Source: a virus (taxonomy: Duplodnaviria; Caudoviricetes). From it: a stretch of DNA of 64,000 nucleotides. Each line of letters begins with the position of its first letter. The stretch's first letter is position 1. Below the pieces are notes generated by a model, which searched no databases, was not told the origin of the DNA, and worked only from the letters and a program-made list of their open reading frames with translations. Shown here one piece after another: positions 11,083-20,913 of the stretch. The stretch is taken from IMG/VR virus record IMGVR_UViG_3300027762_000009, positions 474-64,473 of that record. One strand, written 5' to 3'. A program made the position numbers and the translations under genes.

Positions 11083-11853
11083 TTATTCCTCCATAGGTAA
11101 ATCAGAGTATTTCGGTACTGCGCAAGCATCTTTCCATTTACAAATATTAGTTGCCAATAGTAAATGATTTACCACTGTTTCATCAAAAGTAAATTTAAGA
11201 TCTGGTCGATCATCTGAATCTACCTTAATACCTGCTTTAGAATATACGTATGCTATAGCACTATCAATACCACGTACTTTTGGAATAATCTCATCCCTTA
11301 CAGCACATTCAATGAGGGTAGCTTCTAAAGGAGTTTTCCAACAACCCAACATATGAATATCCAAGCCTCTTAATCTATTACCCAATATTTCTAATACTTC
11401 AATTCGTGCATCACGTCCCCCAATATCTGTTAACACTTTAGGAACACCTATGACGTCAATATCCATCATAATCATAGTTTCTGCGCATTGAATCCATTCA
11501 TCAATAGTTTCACCTTGCGGTACCCCCATTAATTTAAAAGGGAAATTTCCTTTAACATAACGAATAGCTTCATATGTTTTTTCTAAAGTAGCTAACATAT
11601 TTTTATATACATCCGGAAGAACAATTTCATTAGCCTTTATCATTAATGCTTTTTTCACTATTTCTTCAATTGGTCTAGGATCTCCCTCAATCACACCATT
11701 ATCCATGATAACATAACGTCCTTTTTGTGCCATCTTAGAATAAAAGCGTGTGTAAGTATCATCCTTCCCTATTAGATGGGCTAAACACATATGATACTCT
11801 TCATCTTCTATTATAGGAAGAAATTTTGTTGGTAAAATCGTTGCAGCTAACAT
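11083..11853 (-). CDS. TGT-fold transglycosylase, divergent DpdA-like 7-deazaguanine exchange enzyme
   Basis: TGT-like motifs VIMDNG, VLPD, GVPQG, IHMLG, RGIDS; adjacent to queC. Confidence 0.7.
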   Translation of the reverse strand: MLAATILPTKFLPIIEDEEYHMCLAHLIGKDDTYTRFYSKMAQKGRYVIMDNGVIEGDPRPIEEIVKKALMIKANEIVLPDVYKNMLATLEKTYEAIRYVKGNFPFKLMGVPQGETIDEWIQCAETMIMMDIDVIGVPKVLTDIGGRDARIEVLEILGNRLRGLDIHMLGCWKTPLEATLIECAVRDEIIPKVRGIDSAIAYVYSKAGIKVDSDDRPDLKFTFDETVVNHLLLATNICKWKDACAVPKYSDLPMEE

Positions 11854-11868
11854 TAGGTAACCTCCCTA

Positions 11869-12564
11869 TTATTTATAATATTCTAAAGGATCATTTATTC
11901 CGTTGGCAAGGAAAGCAGCTTTCCTATCAATACAGGTAGCACAAATACCACAAGCCTTTAATCCACCTTCATAACAACTCCATGTTTTTGTGAAATCTAC
12001 ATCTAATGATATACCTTCAGCTACTATCTCACTTTTTATCTTATACATAAAGGGTGCTATCAAATGTACTAAGCCTCCAGTGCCTAAATGTATAGCCTCT
12101 TGCATAGACGCAATAAAATAGGAAGTACAATCAGGATAAGCATTACCAGCTGCATCGTCAGCATGAGCCCCGTAATAAATAGTATCTGCATCTTTCTGTA
12201 ATGCTATTGCTGTAGCATAGGATAAAAATAAACCATTTCTAAAAGGTACATAGGTTTTAACTGTACCTGTACCACCTATCTTATCTAATTGCTCTTTATA
12301 AGATTCGTGTGGAATATCTTCATCACTACCATGTAATAAGGGGCAACTCGTATCAAACTTAAATACATCAGCTAGATCTGCTTGTATTAGTTCTACATTA
12401 CAGTGTTCTACTTGCTTAACAGCACAAAATTGTTCTTTTTGATGTTTTTGACCATAAAATAAATTTAAAGCAATAACATTTTCCGCACCATATTTAGCTA
12501 CGATATCAGCTAATAAAACAGAACTATCTAAGCCACCACTAACTAATACTAATTTTTTATTCAT
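11869..12564 (-). CDS. queC: 7-cyano-7-deazaguanine synthase
   Basis: SGGLDS, YGQKH, TYVPFRN, YPDC, TWSCY..CGICATC. Confidence 0.95.
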   Translation of the reverse strand: MNKKLVLVSGGLDSSVLLADIVAKYGAENVIALNLFYGQKHQKEQFCAVKQVEHCNVELIQADLADVFKFDTSCPLLHGSDEDIPHESYKEQLDKIGGTGTVKTYVPFRNGLFLSYATAIALQKDADTIYYGAHADDAAGNAYPDCTSYFIASMQEAIHLGTGGLVHLIAPFMYKIKSEIVAEGISLDVDFTKTWSCYEGGLKACGICATCIDRKAAFLANGINDPLEYYK

Positions 12565-12576
12565 ACTCCCTACCTC

Positions 12577-12795
12577 CTATAATGTTGTATCTTGCTTTTC
12601 TTTGATTAAACGATCTAAATACCAACGAGCCTTTTTCAAATCTTCTAGACCATTCTTAGCTTGATATCTACAAACATATTTAATTACATTGCCTGCGCGA
12701 AAATCAAGTTTTTGATCTTCGATGAAATCAATTACCTCTATCTTACCTTGATTATAATGTCCAGGATTATTCACCATATCATTGGGAACAGTCAT
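12577..12795 (-). CDS. DUF3310 family protein (T7 gp1.7-like nucleotide kinase)
   Basis: VNNPGHY..GKIEVIDFI..GNVIKYVCRY..KNGLEDLKKARWYL. Confidence 0.85.
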   Translation of the reverse strand: MTVPNDMVNNPGHYNQGKIEVIDFIEDQKLDFRAGNVIKYVCRYQAKNGLEDLKKARWYLDRLIKEKQDTTL

Positions 12796-13204
12796 CAGAT
12801 TCTTCCCCCTCCATAATAGCTTTTTTGAGAACTTGATACAATTCTGTATTTTCGAAACATTTTTCTTTTGTATGCCGTGAAGCACTATCTGTTGTATTGA
12901 AAGTTTTATTATTATACCTATGTCTTAATTTGCTAATATTAAGAGCCAATATCGTATCCATATTAATACGATTCGTTTTAGCTATGGCACTTATATACCA
13001 CAACACATCTCCTAATTCTTTAGCTAACTTCATTTTATCCAACTGTTCTTCATGAAATATATGATGTTTAAGTAATTCACATACTTCACCAGCTTCACCG
13101 GCTAAACCCAAAGCCCAATCCAACAATTCAGCTTGCTTTGTGGTTAATTCCTTATGATCTTTAAATGTCCTACAGGCCTCTTTCTGGTATTCATTTGGGT
13201 GCAT
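12779..13204 (-). CDS. MazG-like nucleotide pyrophosphohydrolase
   Basis: NEYQ..A.RT, ALGLAGEAGEV, KELGDVLWY, NISKLRHRY. Confidence 0.9.
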   Translation of the reverse strand: MHPNEYQKEACRTFKDHKELTTKQAELLDWALGLAGEAGEVCELLKHHIFHEEQLDKMKLAKELGDVLWYISAIAKTNRINMDTILALNISKLRHRYNNKTFNTTDSASRHTKEKCFENTELYQVLKKAIMEGEESDDCSQ

Positions 13205-13275
13205 AATAAACCTCCTTGGTTATAAATGGAAAAGGAAGATGAACCACGGTGCCAGTTATCCCCCTCTCCATAAGA

Positions 13276-13458
13276 CTAATTATTTAACTTTAAATCCATA
13301 CGAATCACAGGGTTATTACCACCCATATGATATACTTTCACTGTTCCTACCCTAACCTGAATTTCTGCTGAATACTTCATATTATCTTTTTTGTGATCAA
13401 TACCACACTCCAATAGATGTTGAATTCTAACTAATTCTTCCTGACTAAACAAATCCAC
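13276..13458 (-). CDS. Hypothetical protein within the deazaguanine cluster
   Basis: RBS GGGGG before GTG; 60 aa. Confidence 0.55.
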   Translation of the reverse strand: MDLFSQEELVRIQHLLECGIDHKKDNMKYSAEIQVRVGTVKVYHMGGNNPVIRMDLKLNN

Positions 13459-13476
13459 CTTAGTACCCCCTACTAG

Positions 13477-14106
13477 CTATTTTATTAAATTCATCAACTC
13501 AGTTCGTGCATTATTATGCTGTTCTAAAAAAACTCCCCTCATAGCGGATGTAACTGTTTTCGCCCCAAATTTTTGTACCCCACGCATAGTCATACAAAGA
13601 TGTTCAGCTTCAATAATTACAGCAACCCCTCTAGGATTCAACACCTGTTCAATAGTATCTGCTATTTGTGAAGTCATCCTTTCTTGTATTTGTAATCGCT
13701 TTGCAAAACAGTCTACTAAGCGTGCTAACTTACTGATACCCACTACTTTGCCATTTGGTATATAAGCCACATGAGCTATACCATGAAAAGTTACCATATG
13801 ATGCTCACAATGACTATAAAACGGAATATCTTTTACAAGTACTAATTCTTGATGTTTTTCATCTTCAAATGTAATACCTAAAATATCTTTAGGAACTTGA
13901 CTATAACCAGCAAAAATCTCATCGTATAGGCTGGTTACTCTTTCTGGTGTTTCTAATAACCCCTCACGATGAGAATTTTCTCCAATACTTTCAAGCATTA
14001 AATTTACAGCTAACATTCTCTTAGCCAAATTACTTAACTCTTTTGTCCTTTGTAGATTTTCATGTATGGTAAGTGCTTCTTCTTTACTTATCTTGGCTTT
14101 AGCCAT
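13477..14106 (-). CDS. folE: GTP cyclohydrolase I
   Basis: [41 protein letters not shown]. Confidence 0.96.
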   Translation of the reverse strand: MAKAKISKEEALTIHENLQRTKELSNLAKRMLAVNLMLESIGENSHREGLLETPERVTSLYDEIFAGYSQVPKDILGITFEDEKHQELVLVKDIPFYSHCEHHMVTFHGIAHVAYIPNGKVVGISKLARLVDCFAKRLQIQERMTSQIADTIEQVLNPRGVAVIIEAEHLCMTMRGVQKFGAKTVTSAMRGVFLEQHNNARTELMNLIK

Positions 14107-14121
14107 CTTAACCCCTCCACA

Positions 14122-14748
14122 TTATTTTAGATTGAATATCTTATGCATCTGTACTCCTAAACGAAGTATCCCTGCATGTTTATTACCTTCTGCCATTATG
14201 AAAGTATACGCCCTCATCGCGGAAGTCTGCATATCAAATCCATCTGGCTGCAACCACACTGGTACGATAAGACCTGTATTTAATAAAGTAATAATGTGTT
14301 TATCAAAATCTAACTCTTCTGTTACTACATATTTTAGTTCATCAAATCTACATCTTGGATGTATTACATAATGAGGAGGCTTTGGTGAAGCTACAACCCA
14401 GTCTACATCCTCTGGTGTAGGCATAGTCGCATTTGTTTCTAAACAAACAATAAAATCATTTTGCCTAAGCTCTCGTACCAGTTGGGGTAAAAAAGGACTG
14501 ACACATGGTTCCCCACCAGTAATTGTAACCATATCGATATTTGCCGCTTTACATATACCAATTATTTCAGTTGTGGTCATCCTTGTGCCACCACTATGTC
14601 CCCATGATTCTTTTGTATCACACCAAGGGCAAGCTAAATTACAACCTCCTAGACGTATAAATGTTGTAGGTTGTCCTAGCATAGATCCTTCACCCTGAAT
14701 GCTGGAAAAAATTTCTATTATATAAGGTCCTGTATTATTTTGATTCAT
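14122..14748 (-). CDS. queE: 7-carboxy-7-deazaguanine synthase (radical SAM)
   Basis: EIFSSIQGEG, CNLACPWCDT, TITGGEP, ETN, SPK, QMHK. Confidence 0.95.
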   Translation of the reverse strand: MNQNNTGPYIIEIFSSIQGEGSMLGQPTTFIRLGGCNLACPWCDTKESWGHSGGTRMTTTEIIGICKAANIDMVTITGGEPCVSPFLPQLVRELRQNDFIVCLETNATMPTPEDVDWVVASPKPPHYVIHPRCRFDELKYVVTEELDFDKHIITLLNTGLIVPVWLQPDGFDMQTSAMRAYTFIMAEGNKHAGILRLGVQMHKIFNLK

Positions 14749-15188
14749 CTTATTACCTCCGCAAATGAACTAGGAGTTTCCCATAATCGTAAAACACTAA
14801 TACGAAAAGGATAAGTGTGTTGTTTAAGATACTTGTTTAACTTTTCAATAAAATATTCTGCCATGCGCTCCGCTGTCGGTTTATAAGGAAAAGCATATGT
14901 CTTACGCCCATTTGATTTCAAAATATTTGCTATTTCATATTCGACTACATCTGTTGTTTGCGCCCAATACATAAAAGCATGATCAAGAGGGGCCACTACA
15001 ACTTGATTTACTACCTCTTTTAACTGTTTAAAATCTACAACCATATCCATATCATCTAATATGGTGTTATACCTCGCTGCAGTTACTGTCATTTTGTAAG
15101 TATGTCCATGAATGTTAATACACAAACCTTTATGGTCTGCTAACATGTGGGCCATATCCCATGTAAATTCTTTCGTAATAGTAATCAT
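14745..15188 (-). CDS. queD: 6-carboxytetrahydropterin synthase
   Basis: AHML..HKGLC..IHGHTY, VVDF, LDH, PTAE, LWETP. Confidence 0.95.
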   Translation of the reverse strand: MITITKEFTWDMAHMLADHKGLCINIHGHTYKMTVTAARYNTILDDMDMVVDFKQLKEVVNQVVVAPLDHAFMYWAQTTDVVEYEIANILKSNGRKTYAFPYKPTAERMAEYFIEKLNKYLKQHTYPFRISVLRLWETPSSFAEVIR

Positions 15189-15222
15189 AACCTTCCTCCC
15201 TTTCTCTCCATATTTGCTTAAA

Positions 15223-15252
15223 AATTAAGGTGCCCTTGCGAGCACCTTAAAT
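15223..15252 (-). terminator. Terminator or attenuator hairpin between ssb and queD
   Basis: TTAAGGTGC..GCACCTTAA inverted repeat with a T-run on the minus strand. Confidence 0.65.
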
Positions 15253-15276
15253 TATACGAGGGAACATGAGAATCTC

Positions 15277-15759
15277 TTAAAGAAATGCTCCATTATTTTC
15301 AGGTGATAATATATCAGCCACATTATTACGCTTTTCGCCCTTATATTCCCCAGCTTTCTGTGTTTGAATCTTAACCATTACTCTACATTCTCTTCCAATC
15401 GCATGCCCTTCATCCGAGAAAGCCTGTGGATTAAAGTTTGATAAATCAACATCTGGACATACCCTTACTAAGAACTTCTTAAGCTTTGTTAAACCAAATT
15501 CCGCTCCGTCACCTTTAAGAACCATCCAGTCAAATAACTTTCTGTTTTCGTACTCGGCATCAGTAATGGTATAACATACAGTGATCATTGGGTTTCCTTT
15601 CTTTGAATCACCGAAGTTAAATGTATCAACAACCGCGTTGTACGTGCCTTTTGGTAATAGCTCAAAAGACATTTCTTTTTCTTCGACGTTGTTCAAATTA
15701 AAAACCATACCACCTTCATCCTGTGACGCCCCAACACTACCTAAATTAAATTCTGTCAT
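15277..15759 (-). CDS. DUF669-like single-stranded DNA-binding protein
   Basis: FELLPKGTYNAVV, SKKGNPM, C.V.VK..Y.GE.RN.V pattern; neighbours an AAA recombinase and exonuclease. Confidence 0.8.
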   Translation of the reverse strand: MTEFNLGSVGASQDEGGMVFNLNNVEEKEMSFELLPKGTYNAVVDTFNFGDSKKGNPMITVCYTITDAEYENRKLFDWMVLKGDGAEFGLTKLKKFLVRVCPDVDLSNFNPQAFSDEGHAIGRECRVMVKIQTQKAGEYKGEKRNNVADILSPENNGAFL

Positions 15760-15809
15760 ATTAACCTCCAACTCCATCCATTCGCGCCGTCCTCCACCCT
15801 CATAATATT

Positions 15810-16150
15810 TATATCATGCTTTCGCTTGATACCCTGAAACAATCCAATAATGTCCTTGCGGACCCTATTGTTATTATTGGATTGTATCTCAGCATCGTTC
15901 TATTCCGATGAGTCACCTGCATTACTATTTAATAAGAGTCAAGCATGCAGTAAAATCAAGACTCTAATGGTCACGAGAATAGGACTCCCACCTACAATTC
16001 TTGCCCGGCCTAGGCTCAACCTTATAAATTCAGTCATCTCGTGATAATTAGGGGATGAGTTACAGCCGTGGAGCTCCACTCATCCCAATTATAAATTCCA
16101 TAGAAGGTCACGCACCTATGTGACATATAAGAAAATGATTTTTCTTATAT
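15810..16150 (-). ncRNA. Unidentified highly structured RNA (~330 nt)
   Basis: At least seven helices (e.g. perfect 13-bp 15839-15851/15873-15885); GCAA and GAAA tetraloops read on the minus strand; directly downstream of a phage promoter; no credible ORF. Confidence 0.7.
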
Positions 16151-16184
16151 TAATATAATATTAAAATAAAAAATATTTTTAACG
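16145..16184 (-). promoter_or_regulatory. Phage-specific promoter, copy 1
   Basis: CGTTAAAAATATTT-N10-TATTATATTAATATAA. Confidence 0.75.
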
Positions 16185-16227
16185 AGGAATTAAAATTTAT
16201 TTTTTACCAAATATATTGCTTCCATGA

Positions 16228-17139
16228 TTAAGCATTATCTAATGCATAAAGGGTAGTCATGGTAGGATTATCAATCCATAAACCCTTTAAGGCACTTCCA
16301 AATCTATGTTTAGCTGCAATATGCGCTCCTCCGTAAAAACCTCCTTCAAGATATAAACGACGAATAATAGTACCGCCATCCTGAGGTATTTTATCTAAAT
16401 AACCAACTACGTCAACTAAACCCCGCACATCTCCTGAAAGTTTACCAGGTAACATAGGTTCATAGTGAAATTGCTTTCTAGCATCCTGTTCAAAATCTCT
16501 ACCGCAGATAAATAAACTATTTACAGGAAGATCACGATACCTTCTTACTAAGAATTGAATCATCTCTCTAGATTTACCCCACTCTGAAAATTGTGCTGCA
16601 TCTGGCTCCGCATCTAATTTCTGTTTCAACGGATCAATACCTAATAATTGATACATACAATATTTTTGTGCTTCTGTAAGGGAATCAGTAATAACAGTTC
16701 TAAATTTCTTAGGCTCGGGAATTAGCGCGGCCATTTTCTTTTCATCTTGCAAATCACCTGGTGCGAAACCCTTAATTTGTCCTTCTAATTTACGTAAACT
16801 AACTAAATCATTACTGTCTCTAAATTGTACATGAAGTTTCATAAATTCATAGATATAACTATATTGCTTGTAGTTTTGTACTGGAATAACTAAAATATGC
16901 TTATTAGGGTTAATATCCATCTTTTTACATAACTTAGCAATCTCGCGCAAACTTTTTTCTCCCCCTTCAAGGGATATATACAATATGTCGCGCATTTCTT
17001 CAGCTAATACAGCAGAACCAGCTAACCAAGTCTTACCTACTCCAAAATCGCCATAAAATAAAGCATTCATCCAACTAAAAGATTCTTCAATATCTCTACC
17101 TAAAATTAAAGGTATTGCTGTTGGTGTTGTCATATTCAT
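16228..17139 (-). CDS. AAA_24 / Sak4-like ATPase (recombinase)
   Basis: FYGDFGVGKT Walker A, VITDSLTE Walker B, VDVVGYL, AKHR. Confidence 0.85.
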   Translation of the reverse strand: MNMTTPTAIPLILGRDIEESFSWMNALFYGDFGVGKTWLAGSAVLAEEMRDILYISLEGGEKSLREIAKLCKKMDINPNKHILVIPVQNYKQYSYIYEFMKLHVQFRDSNDLVSLRKLEGQIKGFAPGDLQDEKKMAALIPEPKKFRTVITDSLTEAQKYCMYQLLGIDPLKQKLDAEPDAAQFSEWGKSREMIQFLVRRYRDLPVNSLFICGRDFEQDARKQFHYEPMLPGKLSGDVRGLVDVVGYLDKIPQDGGTIIRRLYLEGGFYGGAHIAAKHRFGSALKGLWIDNPTMTTLYALDNA

Positions 17140-17543
17140 ACTGTTTCCTCCTGTTTGTTATTTTTGTGTATGGTAATACATTTTTGTATCCAATCTTGAT
17201 ACACATCCTTCGCTCTCTTACCCGATCTGAGATCTAGTATGAATCCCGCGATTTCATTATGAAATTCATAAATAAATTCTTTATATGGATCCAATAACAC
17301 AGTAGGTTTAGTCATTAGCTTTGTTTCAGATACCATAGTGGGGTGTATTATTTGTCCATCACATAAAGATACACGTAATCCTTTAGTAATATCTTCCAAA
17401 AACCCAAGTAATGCATTACTATCATCTATTAATGCATTGTGCATAGTTACTAAAGAATTATATGCTTTAACTTCTTTTCCATATTTACCTCTTACCTCAC
17501 ATACAGCACATGCGGGAATACTTCCCATAACTTCTTTTTCCAT
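17136..17543 (-). CDS. Hypothetical protein
   Basis: ORF with RBS, overlapping the next gene. Confidence 0.6.
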   Translation of the reverse strand: MEKEVMGSIPACAVCEVRGKYGKEVKAYNSLVTMHNALIDDSNALLGFLEDITKGLRVSLCDGQIIHPTMVSETKLMTKPTVLLDPYKEFIYEFHNEIAGFILDLRSGKRAKDVYQDWIQKCITIHKNNKQEETV

Positions 17544-17546
17544 TAT

Positions 17547-17687
17547 CTATTCCTCCTCTACATTATTTTCTTTTATGTTTTCACTTTCACATATCACACA
17601 AGTTGGTATTTCATGTTCCCCAAAATATTCAAACCATTCTTGTTTACACTCTTTACATATCCATCCATTACTTGGTAAATATAACAT
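17547..17687 (-). CDS. Small Zn-ribbon protein (46 aa, absent from the ORF track)
   Basis: MLYLPSNGWICKECKQEWFEYFGEHEIPTCVICESEN..; RBS GGAGGAG. Confidence 0.7.
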   Translation of the reverse strand: MLYLPSNGWICKECKQEWFEYFGEHEIPTCVICESENIKENNVEEE

Positions 17688-17689
17688 AA

Positions 17690-19051
17690 CTACTCCTCCT
17701 TAGTCTTATTATCATCAGGTAATATAATATTTATACCGTCAAAATCAATATCAAAATCATCTTCTATTACTACGCCCTCTTTTATCATTTCATTGATTTT
17801 CATTCGCCACTCTTCTTTTTGCCCATCTTCTTGTCTTGGTCTTGCTTCGTATTCATTATCAAGAATTAAAGCTACTTCACTATTACGACCATCATCAATA
17901 GCTAAACAAACGTGACGTAAAGGACAGTCCCAAATACAATCTCTGGTAGGATTCGGATATAAATATAAATCAGAATTAAGCATTAATTGAAGTTCTCCCA
18001 TTATATGTCTATATGTGGCTTCTAATTGTTCTTTATTACGTTGAATAAAATCCCATCTAATAAATCTATCACCCTCAGGAGTTTCCTGCTCAGCTAGATG
18101 GTTTAAAAAATCTATATATTTCATAGGGGCTTTCTGCACAGAACCAAATTCATTAATTAATTCTTGTCTAACAAGATAATGTGTAGTCTTTTGTTTCTTA
18201 TCCACACTTAATTCACCGCTTTTTAGCCGTTTAGGTTTTTTAGCAATATCTTTAGTTAGTTGCAAATAAACAAAGCCATATATAGGATGCCCAAACCATT
18301 TTTCCGCTGCCCATAAATAAGCACTAATCTGGTCATCTGTGTCTAATTTATTTGTATCTGCTCCTTTAGCGGTCTTATAGTCAAGAATCCACCAGCGTCC
18401 ATAACGATCTATTACAAGTCTATCCATAGTACCATGATAATAAATAGGTACTATCTTAATAGGTATTTCTTTTCCTTTATGCATATAAGTATATTCTGGT
18501 TCCTGATCAGCAAGCCTAAACATATCAAAGGCATTCTGGTTTATTAACTGTGGATCTCCTTCCTTATATTCACAGATAATTTCTTCTGTCTTAGCATTTA
18601 CTATTACTTTAATATCCAGGTCAATAAAAAAACGTTGCTCTACTGCAGGCTTAGCTCCTTCACTGAAAGGAACACAAGGTTTATTATTTTCGTTTAACCA
18701 TAGTGTTTGGAAATCCCATTGTTTGTTATATCGTGGATACCAATCTAAGAAGTATGTTAACATTGCTATTCCCAAATCATATGCGTCTTCCGCTCCATCA
18801 GGTAATGTATCCTTATCAAATGCATTGTAATATGCCTTGAATGCTTTTCTTGGATCACCAAAATAATTATAACTAAAATAGTCTTCCATAGCGAAATGTA
18901 TCGCGGAACCGAACCAAAAATGTATATTCTGTTCAGTCCCTTTTCTTTGTAAGTTTCCTTTAAGAGACGATTGCCATCCCCATTTACGTAAACAACGTCT
19001 AAAAACACGTCTATCTGAAGTTCTTATAGTAAATTTACTTAAATTGTCCAT
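17690..19051 (-). CDS. PD-(D/E)XK exonuclease (Cas4/RecB-like)
   Basis: RCLRKW, FGSAIH, GTMDRL..WILDYKT, QISAYLWA, C-terminal CIWDCPLRHVC. Confidence 0.88.
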   Translation of the reverse strand: MDNLSKFTIRTSDRRVFRRCLRKWGWQSSLKGNLQRKGTEQNIHFWFGSAIHFAMEDYFSYNYFGDPRKAFKAYYNAFDKDTLPDGAEDAYDLGIAMLTYFLDWYPRYNKQWDFQTLWLNENNKPCVPFSEGAKPAVEQRFFIDLDIKVIVNAKTEEIICEYKEGDPQLINQNAFDMFRLADQEPEYTYMHKGKEIPIKIVPIYYHGTMDRLVIDRYGRWWILDYKTAKGADTNKLDTDDQISAYLWAAEKWFGHPIYGFVYLQLTKDIAKKPKRLKSGELSVDKKQKTTHYLVRQELINEFGSVQKAPMKYIDFLNHLAEQETPEGDRFIRWDFIQRNKEQLEATYRHIMGELQLMLNSDLYLYPNPTRDCIWDCPLRHVCLAIDDGRNSEVALILDNEYEARPRQEDGQKEEWRMKINEMIKEGVVIEDDFDIDFDGINIILPDDNKTKEE

Positions 19052-19084
19052 AAATAATTTTCCCTCCCCTAATTTGATTTGTAT

Positions 19085-19124
19085 TCATATTATTATAATA
19101 TTGAAATAAAAAAGATTTTTAACG
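19085..19124 (-). promoter_or_regulatory. Phage-specific promoter, copy 2
   Basis: CGTTAAAAATCTTT-N10-TATTATAATAATATGA. Confidence 0.75.
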
Positions 19125-19131
19125 AGGTTAA

Positions 19132-20538
19132 TCATTTTAATTTTAGTTCCTGCCTGCGATTTATTTTAAAACGATTCAATAGCATTGTATATTGTTCCTC
19201 ATTACCTATAGCCCAGTTACTAGCATCTTGTTTGTCATTTAATCTCTGCGCCACATCTTCATCAACAGTATTTCTATGCATGAAATAATAAATATTGACA
19301 AAATGTTTTTGTCCAAAACGATGAAGTCTATCTTCAGATTGTACATTTTGATTAAAGTCCCATTCATATCCTAAGAAAAAGGCATGCGATGCCTCCGTAG
19401 CATGAAAAGATGCACCACTCTTAATAACACATATAAGTATTTTTTTGTTACTTTTATTCTTTTGAAATTCCTGCCACTCATCAGCAAATTTTTGTGCCGT
19501 CATACCACCCGATATTGTATATACTTTAATATCTTTCATACTCTTATGGATAGCTTCTTGGATATGTGGTATTACTTTCCTAAAAGGCGTAAATACTACA
19601 AATGATTGACCAGATTCAATTAAATCCTTACCCATGATAATTAATTGTTCCAAAGCAGCTCCGGTCGATTTTAAACCCAACATAGCAGGACAAGTAAGCA
19701 ATTGACGTAGTCTTAAAATTAAAGACATCATATTGGGTGTAATTAAAGCGGAATCCTCTAACTCTAAATACATATTTGTAACTAAATTGTTATATGCTTT
19801 TTCTTGTTCTTCATCCATGTCAACATATATAATCTGCCTTTGCTTTCCGGGTAAATCTTTAAGTACTTCATCTTTTGTTCTACGCAACATGTATTCTTTA
19901 AGCATATTACGAAAAGACTCTATATTCTTTGGTCTTCTTTCAATACTCTTACCAAAAGGAGTATCAATCGTAATACAATATTTATTAACAAACTGCCAGT
20001 AACTTTTAAAATTAGCCTTATCAATCATGGACAAAGGTGCATATAAATCAATCACACCTTGACGGATTGGCGTACCAGTGAGTAGATAAACATAAGGAAT
20101 ATTCCGCGCGAATTTTTCGAACGCCGTGTAAGTTTGCGATTTATGGTTAAGCAAACCGGATACGTGTATTTCATCTGCCACTAACCCATGTATATTTGGA
20201 TCAAGCTTTACAATTTCGTCGAGCATACCATACGTTGTAATTAAATAACCACCCTGGTACGATTCCCAAAGCTTTGCTCTTTTGGCTAATGTTCCAGAAT
20301 AAACAATACTGTCTTTTCCAAACCATTTCATAATTTCTTCTTTCCATACATATAAAGCAAACTTAGGACAGAAAATTACACAATTAAAGTCTTTATCTTC
20401 CCATATTATTTCTAAAGCGGTTAAAGTTGTTACGGTTTTACCTAAGCCCATTTCATCATATACAAGACATTTTTGTTTATTACGTAAAAAATGAACCCCA
20501 TCAATTTGATAGGGCCTAAGTTTATCAGATATTACCAT
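19132..20538 (-). CDS. SNF2-family helicase
   Basis: LRPYQ, DEMGLGKT, ADEIH, LTGTPI, MLRRTK, QSEDRLHRFGQ. Confidence 0.93.
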   Translation of the reverse strand: MVISDKLRPYQIDGVHFLRNKQKCLVYDEMGLGKTVTTLTALEIIWEDKDFNCVIFCPKFALYVWKEEIMKWFGKDSIVYSGTLAKRAKLWESYQGGYLITTYGMLDEIVKLDPNIHGLVADEIHVSGLLNHKSQTYTAFEKFARNIPYVYLLTGTPIRQGVIDLYAPLSMIDKANFKSYWQFVNKYCITIDTPFGKSIERRPKNIESFRNMLKEYMLRRTKDEVLKDLPGKQRQIIYVDMDEEQEKAYNNLVTNMYLELEDSALITPNMMSLILRLRQLLTCPAMLGLKSTGAALEQLIIMGKDLIESGQSFVVFTPFRKVIPHIQEAIHKSMKDIKVYTISGGMTAQKFADEWQEFQKNKSNKKILICVIKSGASFHATEASHAFFLGYEWDFNQNVQSEDRLHRFGQKHFVNIYYFMHRNTVDEDVAQRLNDKQDASNWAIGNEEQYTMLLNRFKINRRQELKLK

Positions 20539-20888
20539 CTTTTACCTCCTTTTACCTCCATATAATTCATAAGGAACTTAATTATATCTTTTCTATCAGT
20601 ACACAATTGCATTGTGGTACCATCTTTAAAATAAATATCGCAATCCAATTCTATTGATTTACGATTCATGAGTGCCATAGTAATAGCTCCTCCCACACCT
20701 GCAACAACAGCACCTACTAAGGATGAAGAACATGAACTATAGAAACTGGATCCATTACTACTAACTTTTATTATCTTTACTCCGACAATCTTATCATTAA
20801 GATCGTCATACTTAAATAAACCAGTAACGCCTATTAAATCTCCTCCCATTAACATTACTTTACTGTATTTACCTTTTACGTCTAACAC
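20532..20888 (-). CDS. Hypothetical protein with glycine-zipper hydrophobic segment
   Basis: SLVGAVVAGVGGAITMAL; RBS GGAAGGAG; overlaps the helicase start. Confidence 0.6.
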   Translation of the reverse strand: MLDVKGKYSKVMLMGGDLIGVTGLFKYDDLNDKIVGVKIIKVSSNGSSFYSSCSSSLVGAVVAGVGGAITMALMNRKSIELDCDIYFKDGTTMQLCTDRKDIIKFLMNYMEVKGGKRW

Positions 20889-20913
20889 AGCAACAGCTCC
20901 TTCCTATTTTGAA

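Noticed and set aside
15836-15914. Possible hammerhead ribozyme on the plus strand (GAAAC..GUA, CCGAUGA)
   Set aside because: Stem I cannot form, the core deviates from CUGAUGA, and transcription and tetraloops favour the minus strand
15850-16044. 64-aa plus-strand ORF
   Set aside because: No RBS and antisense to the structured RNA
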